Assembly: GCA_043228905.1 (NCBI GenBank)
Contig: JBHGNT010000003.1
Location: forward strand, 17,236,001 to 17,300,000
Reading direction: 5' to 3'
Source: Azolla caroliniana
Lineage: Eukaryota > Plantae > Polypodiophyta
DNA length: 64,000 nucleotides
This document shows positions 11,128 to 21,981 of this stretch, piece by piece. The notes beneath the pieces were generated by a model. It saw only the letters and a list, made by a program, of their open reading frames with translations. It had not been told where the DNA came from and did no database searches. The translations under genes and the position numbers were made by a program. Every line of letters starts with the position of its first letter. Position 1 is the first letter of the stretch.

Positions 11128-13119
11128 CTCGGTTACAGTGACGATGAGTTCGGCTACCGAGTGTGGGACCTGGTCGACAAGAAGGTATTCCGGAGTCAAC
11201 ATATTATCTTCATGGAGGACAAGACACTTGCCGACTGGGAGTCGGAGAAGAAGATAATGAACTCCGAGTCGACCGGTAAGGATCGACTCTACGATGAGCA
11301 GACCCAACCGGCGAGAGACTGGTTAGCACTTGAAGAACCAACCGGATACGGCGAGGATACCGAACCGATAGAAGAAGAAGTAGAGGAAGCTGAGACCGGA
11401 ACCGGCCAAGACCCCGAATCGGATTCGGATGAAGAGCAAGTGGAGGAGCCGGTTACCGAAGCCCGAAGACGGAGATATCCTTTCAGAGAAAGAAGGCCCC
11501 CCCGGAGATTTCTGGATGCAGAGCATGTTCTGCTGAAAGATGAGGGGGAGCCGGAAAGCTTCGACGAAGCGAAGGAAGACACCCACAGCCGAAAATGGTC
11601 AAGTGCCATGCAGGATGAGATGGATTCCCTGCATGAGAACCATACGTACGAATTGGTGGAGTTGCCGAAAGGAAAGCGGGCACTCCAAAACAAGTGGGTG
11701 TACAAGTTGAAACCGGGAGATGCCGGCAACCCCCCGAGATACAAAGCCAGGATCGTGGTGAAGGGGTTCCAGCAGAAGAAGGGCGTGGACTTCGACGAGA
11801 TATTTGCCCTGGTAGTAAAGATGACCTCCATCCGGACGGTGTTGAGTATAGCGGAAAGCATGGACCTCGAGGTAGAGCAGCTAGACGTGAAGACGACATT
11901 CCTTCACGGTGACCTCGAAGAGGAGATCTACATGCAGCAACCGGAGGGATTTGTGGAGAAAGGGAAGGAGCACCTGGTATGCCGGTTGAAGAAGAGCCTG
12001 TACGGACTGAAGCAGGCTCCCCGACAATGGTACCGGAAGTTCGACTCCTTCATGACCGATCAAGGGTACCACAAGACGCAGGCCGATCACTGCGTGTTTG
12101 TGAAGAAGTTTGAAGGAGGCGACTTCCTGATACTCCTTCTGTACGTGGATGACATGTTGATCATCGGACGTGACCAAGTCAAAATACGGATGTTGAAGAA
12201 GGCCCTCAACTGGACCTTCTCAATGAAAGACTTGGGTCAAGCAAGACAGATGCTAGGGATGCACATCATTCGGGACTGGTCAAAGAAGCAATTATGGCTG
12301 TCACAGGAGAAGTACGTGACAAAGGTGCTTCATCGGTTCAACATGTCAGAAGCGAAACCGGTCGGATCGACACTTCCGGCAAACTGCAGGCTATCCGGTA
12401 AGCAGAGCCCGAAGACGAAAGCAGAGAAGGCGGATATGATGAAGATTCCATATGCCTCTGCCGTCGGGAGCTTGATGTACGCAATGGTGTGTACCCGACC
12501 GGATATACGATACGCAGTCGGAGTGGTGAGCCGGTTCATGAGCAATCCCGGCAAAGAGCACTAGAACGCGGTCAAATGGATACTTCGGTATTTGAAGGGC
12601 ACTTCAAATATGTGTCTCCGATTCGGCTCCAGAAAACCTCAACTGGACGGTTTCACTGATTCGGACATGTCGGCTAATGTGGATACCAGCCGGTCTACAT
12701 CCGGGTATGTAATGACATATGCACGGGGAGCTGTTTCGTGGCAGTCGAGGCTGCAGAAGACGGTTGCGTTGTCAACCACAGAGGCGGAGTACATGGCGGC
12801 TGTGGAAGCCGGCAAGGAAATATTATGGATGAAGGACTTCATCGAAAAGCTCGGTATCCGGCAAGAGGAATACCGACTCTATTGCGACAGTCAAAGTGCC
12901 ATCCACCTTGCTAAGAATGCGGCCTACCATTCCCGGACGAAGCATATCCAGCGGAGGTATCACTAGATCTGGGAAAGAGTAGATGACCAGGAGTTCGCGC
13001 TGACGAAGATCCACACGGCCGAGAACGGGTCAGATATGCTGACCAAAGTTCTGATACCCGACAAGCTAGATGCATGCCGGAAGTGGATTGGACTGGTAAG
13101 ACACCCCATGCCGGAGTGA
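11128..13119 (+). pseudogene. pol: C1 pol: integrase tail, RT, RNase H (stops at 12562 and 12964)
   Basis: [79 protein letters not shown]. Confidence 0.92.
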
Positions 13120-13186
13120 AGGGGTAGTTTGTTGGGAGACAGGTCCCTCCGGATGGGAAGGGAGAAGACCAATGCCGACGAACAAT

Positions 13187-13321
13187 CCGAATGAGGAGTA
13201 CCCGGCTACGGAGAGCCGGATGGTGCAGACCCGGTGTGAACCGGATGAGGAGTACCCGGCTACGGAGAGCCGGATGGTGCAGACTCGGTGTGAACCGGAT
13301 CAGGAGTACCCGGCTACGGAG
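13187..13321 (+). repeat. 54-bp CCGG-rich tandem repeats in U3 of the C1 3' LTR (continue at 17588-17680 after C2)
   Basis: Unit CCGGATGAGGAGTACCCGGCTACGGAGAGCCGGATGGTGCAGACCCGGTGTGAA repeated. Confidence 0.9.
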
Positions 13322-16300
13322 TGTCGAATACATGTGTATAATGGACGTATTCACACTATCCCGTTTTGGCCATTTATGTAATTAGCATAAAGGGTAATTG
13401 CCCTAAGTCAGTCACTATATATAGTGACCTTGTAACCTTTTTGTAGGGTTGGATTGTTGTATTCTTGTCTATTGGAATATAGAGTTTTCTTGTGTCTCTC
13501 TCTCTCTCTCTCTCTGTGCAACGACCTACATTCTATCATACACAGGGAAGCAACGAAGATCGAATGCTTCTCGATCTTCCGCATTGACGACCTTCCTCGT
13601 CAACCACGGCTGTTAAATACTCCGAAGTCACGAGCGCAATCCTGACCGAAGCAGCTCGGAGAAAGTCCTTCGCCAAAGACTCAACAGACGACGCTTACGT
13701 AGTACAAGGTTCGACAGACCGATCGAACATACGAGGAAGAGATTCCTCACGGCCGCCGAACAATCAGCGAAGACGGAGCCAGTCACGGGATAACCGAATC
13801 TGCAATTATTGCAAGAAACCCGGACACATCAAAGCCGACTGCCGCGCTCAAGAACAAGAACAACAAGAAGAGTGGCCGGCATGAGGAGATCAATTATGTC
13901 AGCTTCTCAGCTGATGTACTACCGGACGACCCGAATATACTATCAATCGAAAATCCAGTCGGATCAGAAGTTCTGCTCACGACTGAAGAATCGAGCACAT
14001 GGCTCTTAGATTCGGGTGCGTCATTTCACGTGACTCCTCATCGATCCCAATTTCGGCAATATACGATCCGTCACTCTGACTCAGTTCGGGTCGGCAACTC
14101 ACAACACTGTGACATCATTGGAATCGGCACAGTAGAGCTCAACCTTGCAGGTGGCTCTACACTTGTACTCCACAATGTCCGACATGTACCCGAGCTCTCA
14201 AGACCATTGATCTCAGTCGGACAACTAGATGAAGACGGCATTCGTGCCGGTTTTTCTTCGGGAGGGTGGACACTCCACAGGGGGAACCTCCTGCTTGCTA
14301 GAGGACCCAAGATACACTCCCTGTATCCGTTACATGTTACGCTCAGAGAGGGTAACCTGTTTTTGGTGGATATTCCTGTGTCATCACTATGGCACCGAAG
14401 ATTAGGACACCTCAGCAAGGCCGGCATCACACACCTATCTAGAGCCGGATACATCCCCAAACTCTCCTTCTCGGACCATCAATTCTGCGAGCATTGCCAG
14501 TATGGCAAACAAGTAGCCGCATCACACCCGACATCAGCACCAAGAGAAACGAGACCTCTTGATTTGGTCCATTCGGACGTCTGTGGCCCAATGCCGCATC
14601 AGTCTCTAGGCGGTGCCTCTTACTTCGTCAGTTTTATTGACGATTCGACTCGAAAGGTGTGGGCTTATCCAATTCGCACCAAAGATCGGGTCTTCTCGAT
14701 CTTCACCGATTGGCTCGCTATGGTAGAAAATCAAACCGACCGAAAGCTGAAATGCCTTCGGACAGACAATGGGGGAGAGTTCAAATCCGAAGAATTCGTC
14801 AAATTCTGCCGACAACGCGGCATCCGACGTGAACTTACGGCACCACACAGTCCGGAGCAAAACGGGATTGCAGAACGAATGAATCGGACAATCCAAGAAC
14901 GGACAGTTTCCATGCTCCAACACTCCGGACTGTCGGATGGCTTCTGGGCAGAGGCTCTACTCACGGCAGTACACATAATCAATATGTCGCCAAGTAGACC
15001 TCTAGGACTTCAAATTCCTCAGGAACTATGGATCGGCAGTAAGCCGAATTACGACAAGCTGAGGATCTTCGGATGCGAGGCGTACGCCCTCATTCCGAAA
15101 GATGATCGCCGAAAACTTGCACCTCGGTCCAGGAAATGCATTTTCCTTGGATATGGATCCGACGGCGAAATGGGATACCGACTCTGGGACCCCGAACGCA
15201 GGCAAATCGTTCGAAGTTCGGACGTTGTGTTCAACGAGTCGGCTATGAACCCATCCGTCGAAAAACCAATCGAAGTCCGAAGGGTAACATTTTCCGATGT
15301 GCCGACCCTTCAAGAAGGCCCCGCTCTCAACACACGGTCAGCTTCACGGGTAGCTGAACCTTACTCTACCGACTCGGACAACTCCGACTCGGCACAGCAG
15401 AACAACTCGCTTTCGGACCATCCGACCACGATACCCGATGCGACCAGTCCAATCCTACCTCGACGATCCGAGAGACTGTCGCAACCTCCGGAGAGGTACT
15501 CTCCTGGAATTTTCTTCACCGACGCCGGCGAACCGACGTCTTACGAAGAAGCATCGACATCTGTCGATTCCGCCACCTGGCATCTGGCGATGGAGTCGGA
15601 AATGCACTCCATTCGGGCAAACAAGACTTGGGATCTGGTCGAATTACCTAGGAACCGACGTGCTCTTCCTTGCAAGTGGGTTTATCGACTAAAAGAGACG
15701 TCTGATTCGACCACCCCAAAGTACAAGGCCAGATTAGTTGCGAAGGGCTTCCGACAAGAATATGGCGTCGACTACGACGAGATTTTTTCACCAGTGGTGA
15801 AAATGACAACCCTTCGTTTTCTGCTCGGCGTCGTGGCAGCCGATAACTTGGAGCTGATTCAGCTAGATGTTAAAACAGCCTTCCTCCATGGTGATCTCGA
15901 GGAGGAAATTTATATGGAGCAGCCAAAAGGCTTCGTGGCAACTGGCCAAGAACATCTAGTCTGCCGACTCAGGAAGAGTCTATACGGCCTCAAACAGGCA
16001 CCGCGACAATGGTACAAGAAGTTCGACGACTTCATCCAATCGATCGGCTTCTCAAAAAGCGATGAGGACCATTGTCTCTTTACCAACACAGCTCAAGATG
16101 GATCACCCATCTTCCTCATCATTTACGTGGACGACATGCTAATTTCTGGACGCCACGCGGGCGAACTTGCCGATCTCGTTCGGCAACTGCGGTTGAAGTT
16201 TGCCATGAAGGACCTCGGTCCGGCACGACACATACTCGGCATGAAGATTAGTCGGCATCGCGATAAACGACATCTTTTTTTGTCTCAGACCGACTACATC

Positions 16301-17587
16301 GGACGTGTCTTGGAACGCTTCAACATGCAATCAGCCAAATCTGCTTCAACCCCGCTCCCCATGAATCTTCGGCTCTCTCAGTGAGACTGCCCGACATCCG
16401 GTCCGGAGGGGGAAGATATGAAGTCGGTACCGTATGCACCGGCAGTCGGCTCCCTTATGTACCTGATGGTCGCGACACGGCCTGATATCTCTCATGCCGT
16501 AGGAGTCGTTAGCAGATTTATGCACAATCCTGGCCGATCGCATTGGAACGCAGTCAAGCATGTGTTCAGATATCTGGCTGGCACAAAAGACCATGGCATT
16601 CTTTTCGGTCCGAACCGAACCTCAGGCGTAGTCGGTTACACCGACTCGGATTTCGCCGGCTGTATAGACAGTCGAAAATCAACAACCGGATACTGCTTCA
16701 AATTCGGCAATGGAGCAATCTCGTGGAAGTCGAAACTTCAGGAGTGCACAGCGACCTCAACAACCGAAGCAGAATATGTAGCTGCGTCCGACGCAGCAAA
16801 AGAAGCTTTGTGGCTCGGTCGGCTGGCGCACACGTTTCGACAAGTCGACCATGACTCAGCTCCAATTGTCTACAGCGACAGTCAAGGTGCTGTTGCCCTG
16901 TCGAAAAATCCGGTTCACCACAACGCCTCCAAACATATCGACGTTCGATATCACTTCGTTCGGGACTGCGTCATTTCAGGGAAAATCGGTCTAGAGAAAA
17001 TATCCACAACCGACAATGTCGCAGATGGAATGACCAAGTGTCTTTCGGCAGACCGTTTTCGGTCTCTTCGGCATCAGATGGGCGTAACGACAAACCAGTC
17101 CGGTTAGAGCCGGACACAGAGCAGGATGGTTCCCGACAACCGACATCAGTTCCTTAATGATCGGCTTCAACTGTTCCGACCCGACCAGTTCGGTCTTCTG
17201 CTTTCGGACCCTGCCGACTCGAACAAAGCTGATATGTCCGAGAACCCAAGTCTATACCTGTAATCTTAGATAACCCATGTATACGCCCATTACGGGGGAG
17301 TGTCGAATACATGTGTATAATGGACGTATTCACACTATCCCGTTTTGGCCATTTATGTAATTAGCATAAAGGGTAATTGCCCTAAGTCAGTCACTATATA
17401 TAGTGACCTTGTAACCTTTTTGTAGGGTTGGATTGTTGTATTCTTGTCTATTGGAATATAGAGTTTTCTTGTGTCTCTCTCTCTCTCTCTCTCTGTGCAA
17501 CGACCTACATTCTATCATACACAGGGAAGCAACGAAGATCGAATGCTTCTCGATCTTCCGCATTGACGACCTTCCTCGCCTACAACA
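13322..17587 (+). mobile_element. Ty1/copia element C2 (C3 family), lacking PBS and gag N-terminus, inserted in the C1 3' LTR
   Basis: Perfect TSD CGGAG. 5' LTR 13322-13599 is fused directly to gag (STTAVKYSEV). 3' LTR 17301-17587; PPT GGGGGAG ends at 17300. Internal sequence nearly identical to C3. Confidence 0.95.
13600..17107 (+). pseudogene. pol: C2 gag-pol remnant (frameshift near 13846, CGA>TGA at 16382)
   Basis: CNYCKKPGH, WLLDSGASFH, LWHRRLGH, DLVHSDVCGP, IYVDDML, ASKHIDVRYHFVRD. Confidence 0.93.
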
Positions 17588-18736
17588 CGGAGAGCCGGAT
17601 GGTGCAGACCCGGTGAGAACCGGATGAGGAGCACCCGGCTACGGAGAGCCGGATGACGCAGACCCGGTGAGAACCGGAGGTAGAGACATATTCGTAAATA
17701 TGTTTCTGAGAGCCCATCGAGGCTATATTTGTAAATAGCCGAAAAGTCATATTAGTATAAATATGACTTAGGGCAAACGCATTTTGTTATCGTTGTCATT
17801 TTCTTGTTGGTGCAAGAAGAAGAGAGAGCACATAACAGTGTACAGAGAGAGAGAGAGAGAGAAAGAGGTCGTTGCCTCTGTTGTAACTACCGCTTGTGGC
17901 GAAGATCGTGAGCACGAGGTCGTTGCCTCCGTGAACTCACTGTTTTGTGTATTCCAACATAGTGATAGTTTGCAGCCTGTGGGCTGCCGTGGTTTTTCCC
18001 TCTTTGGGTTTTCCACGTAAACATTCTGTGTACCTTTTCTCTCCTTTGTGTCGCGTGTTTTCGTTTCCTATTTTCTGTGTATGAAAAGAATCTCGGTTGT
18101 GGCCGAGCGTTGTGCATAGGGAGCGTTGAGTTCCCGTCAAGGAGTTCGCCGTGGGCCGAGCGGTGCTAGTTTTTCAAACGCGCATGGGCCAGATGTCGGG
18201 GAAGCTACGTTTCCGCTGGACCAGCCCATACTGGATAATCGGAGCGGAACAGGGCACGTTCCAACTAGGAAAGCTGGCTGGAGAAATAGTACGGCAAAAA
18301 GTGAATGGGTTTCGGCTCAAACCTTACCTAGGCCCTACGCCACCTAACCCATTCACCGCCGAACGGGACAAAGCCGGAGAACCAGCAACGTAAAAGAGAC
18401 AGTTCCATTTGTATTATAATGTAAATATAGGGTGTAAATAACCGTTACGAAAAAAGAAAAAAAAGAAAAAAAAGAAAAAGAGAAGATAGCGTCTATTAAA
18501 ACGACTAAAGGCGTGCACAAACTCCTAGTTCAAGAACACGCGGCACCACGATGGCTCACCGCCCAATGAACCCTAAGCCACAAAAAGAAGGAAACAGAAG
18601 ATTTTCTACACAAAGCTGAAACACATCGTCTAGCTATCAACGCTCCCATCGCTCCTCCTCACGTTCTTCCCCATCATATCTCAGAGCTCCAACTCACCAC
18701 TGCTACCCATCTCCTCTCCACGAACCTACTCTGGCA

Positions 18737-21193
18737 ATGCCGATCTTCATCTCTATTGCCCTACGCCGATGGCTTGTGGAGAAGCGCCTGGATGGTTACA
18801 TTCGAGTTGTAGAAGCACCTCCGCACTCGGACGCCATGGATATCGCCAGGCGGCTTAACATCGACACGGTCACCAACTCTTCCATTCAGAAGAAGTTAGA
18901 CCTATCCTCACTAGGCGAAAGACATTTCGAAATACCTCCTACAGAGGCGTTGCAATGGTATTTTGGCCCATATTCATCCTCCGCCAAGGCCTATAGAACA
19001 AAACAGATTCCAGATCCCTTCTTCCGTGAAGTTGCCAAGTTCCTACTGGAAGTCGGTTGCGTCCATGTCAACGCTTACGGGATGCCTAAACAGAAGGCGG
19101 ACATCATTATCGACACCTTTGAAGGGCGTATAGTCGATTGGGGGGTCATCACAAGGTCGGCGTTAAGGGAAGGCTTGCATGCGTACCAAGCAGGCAAAAA
19201 GCTCAGGCCAATCATCCAACAATACCTTATGGTATTGTTTCCAACCCGAGGCCTGCCAGCACCACAACCCAGCCAACCCACGGCCCCGCCCCGCTCTGCG
19301 AAATTCAGGTTAGCAGAGTTAGCGGCCCCAGAGTGGGAGGAACCCCAACCGGCCCAACCAGGCCCAAGGACAACACCTCCTACCGACCAACCGGACACAC
19401 GGGTGACGCAGGATGAACAGCCGAGACACCCCATGGAAGCATCCCCAGAACCAGACACTAAAGCACGGTGGGAAAGCCCTAGACCAAAACGGAGCAGATT
19501 GGATAGAAAAGATGGGCGGGGGTTGGTAAAAAACGCCCCCACGGATCCGGAGGCACCGACCGCAGGCGAAGGCCTCGCAACAGCAGAGCCGAATACCACC
19601 TTCGAAATCATCCGGGAGCCGCGGCCGATTATTATGACTCAGTCCCAACAAGGGAAAGCCGTATTGACGGCGGAAAGCGAGGTTTTGGCATATCCGGATA
19701 TTCCGGATACGGCCCACGAATTCAGCGCCCTCTTGCAGTTTGGTACCTCTTTCGAGCTCATGGAGTTCCTGGCAACACAACAGGTCAAAGCCGCCCAACA
19801 AATGGCCGAGGAGCATGCGGAACGTCAGATGATAGAGCGTGCCCTAACGCAAACAACGGAGAGCGACGATGAGGACCGGCTAGCCAGGGTCGGCAGACAG
19901 AGGAACGCCGGGGTACAGCGAGTAGGGATGGAGATACCACCCTTAAACACGGCCCTAGTCGAAGTCCATCGGGAACTGCCAAAGGTCAGCACGAGCGCCA
20001 AGGAGATGGCCATAAAAAATAAGAATGTCTAGAAGAAGGTGAAACTGATGGAAGCCGAACTACAAAAGGCCAACACACGCATCGCGGAGTTTGAAGCTCA
20101 CACGACTACGGCGCAACACGAAACTACGCCACCGAACCACGTTATCAACGCTCTCAAAGAAGAAATCGAGGCTCAGACCGCCATCGCCTCAAAAGCAAAA
20201 AGGGTCGTGCAGCTAGCGGAATACGAAATTGACTGTCTTCAAGCAAAACTACGCCAATCCTCCGACAGAGAAAAGGAGATACGGGCTAACGGACGAAAGG
20301 CCGTAAAAACGCTTGAAGAGAAACTAGCTACGGAGGTAGCCCAGCACATCCGAACAAAAGACAATGCCCAATTACGAGAGGACGCGAAGAAATCAGAGGG
20401 GGCAATAGCAGGACTTCGGGCCTTATTAGAAAAAAAGAAGGTATGGTTCGATGAGCAGTTGGTAGTCGAACAAGACAGAAGCCATCAACTCGAAATCCGC
20501 CTAAACAATGAAATGGGGAAATTAGAAGAATAGCATGAAAAGGAATCCCAGTTGTGGGCGGGCTTGAAAGCCACTTATGAGGAAGCGGCAACCGTTAAAC
20601 AGCAGGAAATCGCGAATCTCCAGAAGTCGATGGAAGACGCACGCAACTGCTGCCAGGCCATCACGGATAACGTGCGCATCCTTCTCCAGACCAACCGGGA
20701 AAGGTTCACAATGCAATTGAAAACGGCGCTGGACAAAGGATGGATGGCGTGGGCAACCCAAGCAGCGGAATTGCACGTGTATCGTGCGGACTGGGAGAAC
20801 TGGCGGAAAGACGGCCGAGGGTTTTATAAGCTAAACGAGGAGAGCATTGCGATCGTACAGGAGGACCTAGCGCAAGACTATCGCGCATTAGCAGGCCAAC
20901 ACTCCGAAGAACTCGCACAACTCCTAGAAGATTTTGGTGAAAGTCAGGAGGAGGTATTTCACCAGATCACACAAACCGGCAACACGCACACGAATGAGGA
21001 ACCCAGCGGGACACCAATTCCGGTCACAGCCGAAGAAGAGGAACCTCAGGCCCAATCACCAGAGAGGACAACGGGGGAGAATAGCGGGGACGAACGAGCG
21101 GAGTTCCCCATAGGACCAGACAGCGAAACCATTAACCAACAAGAGGTCCAACCCACACCATCTTCAAAAAATGCGGAAAATAGTGCGGACTAG
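18737..21193 (+). pseudogene. 3' extra ORF of G2 (about 818 aa, two premature in-frame TAG stops), function unknown
   Basis: ORFs 18737-20032, 20039-20533 and 20552-21193 share one frame. The N-terminal domain is homologous to the G1 and G3 extra ORFs, followed by a Pro-rich linker, an E/K/Q/A-rich heptad region and an acidic tail. Confidence 0.85.
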
Positions 21194-21519
21194 GCGGAAT
21201 CCTCGCCCCACGCCTAGGGACACACAAAAACGGCCAACACCGCGGAGGACGTAACAATAGAAGCTGAGCTGCAGCCGACTGCAAGCACGCTACCGGCGGA
21301 GCCCAACCCACTAACTCAAGAAGAGCCCACCGTACCCGAACCACCCGCACACGGCGAAGGCGACTCCGGGAGAAACCAGGCCGACCAAGCAGAGGAGGCG
21401 CACCACGATGCACCTACAGGCCTTACATCAACTCCGGACGAGGACACCACAACAGAGCCGAACATCCGGGCCATTTTGGAAGAAGATTAACGGGATGGGT
21501 CTGACGTGCAAAGGCACTA

Positions 21520-21535
21520 TCCCACAGGCGTGCCA
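21520..21535 (+). promoter_or_regulatory. tRNA-Arg 3'-end-like sequence (inverted PBS) at the PPT position of G2
   Basis: TCCCACAGGCGTGCCA, then GG, then the LTR TGTTG; no purine run adjacent to the 3' LTR. Confidence 0.7.
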
Positions 21536-21537
21536 GG

Positions 21538-21976
21538 TGTTGTCCGCCGGAATAGTAACCGACGGCCAAAAGCGTAGGAATAAGAAACTATATAAGCGTA
21601 ACATATGTAACGGTTCATGCGGGGAGCGTGAACAGTTAATTAGACCCTGCAGATATAAAGGGCAGAAAACCTCTTAAGGAGGTGCGTGTAATTTTTGGGA
21701 AATGTAAAAGAACGCCTGATAATAAAATACTATCTTCTCTGTGTTTCTGTGTATAGCTGCGACTAATTCAGTGTCTGTGTCTCGAATACGTAAGCGTAGT
21801 AGTACGTAAGTGAAACCTGTGATAAGGAGTCGGTTGTAGTCGTCTCCCCGTACACACGAAGGAATCACAGAGGTTCTCTCCTTACGCAGTACGCTTAAGC
21901 TCTGTTTGCTGTTCCACACCCACCTTGGGGTCTAGGTCGAAGGACTGACCATGGACCGTGTTCCTAAGAGGCAACA
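21538..21976 (+). repeat. 3' LTR of G2
   Basis: Direct repeat of 4094-4532. Confidence 0.95.
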
Positions 21977-21981
21977 ACACT

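Larger units (their letters stand above)
11071..18139 (+). mobile_element. Ty1/copia (Tork/Tto1-like) element C1, 5'-deleted, inserted in G2 integrase
   Basis: Perfect TSD AGGAG (11066-11070 / 18140-18144). About 57 bp of 5' LTR is fused to the integrase C-terminus. RT (YVDD) and RH run to 13119; PPT 13118-13129; 3' LTR 13130-18139 is interrupted by C2. Same family as C7. Confidence 0.93.
4094..21976 (+). mobile_element. Full-length Ty3/gypsy non-chromovirus element G2 (two LTRs, gag-pol, extra ORF) with nested insertions
   Basis: LTRs 4094-4532 and 21538-21976 (about 20 differences in 439 bp by eye, about 95%). TSD gcact/acact. PR-RT-RH-INT order. Confidence 0.95.

Noticed and set aside
10240-12564. 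774-aa ORF as a novel gypsy-integrase/copia-RT fusion gene
   Set aside because: Chance in-frame read-through across the C1 insertion (TSD AGGAG) and its internal deletion.
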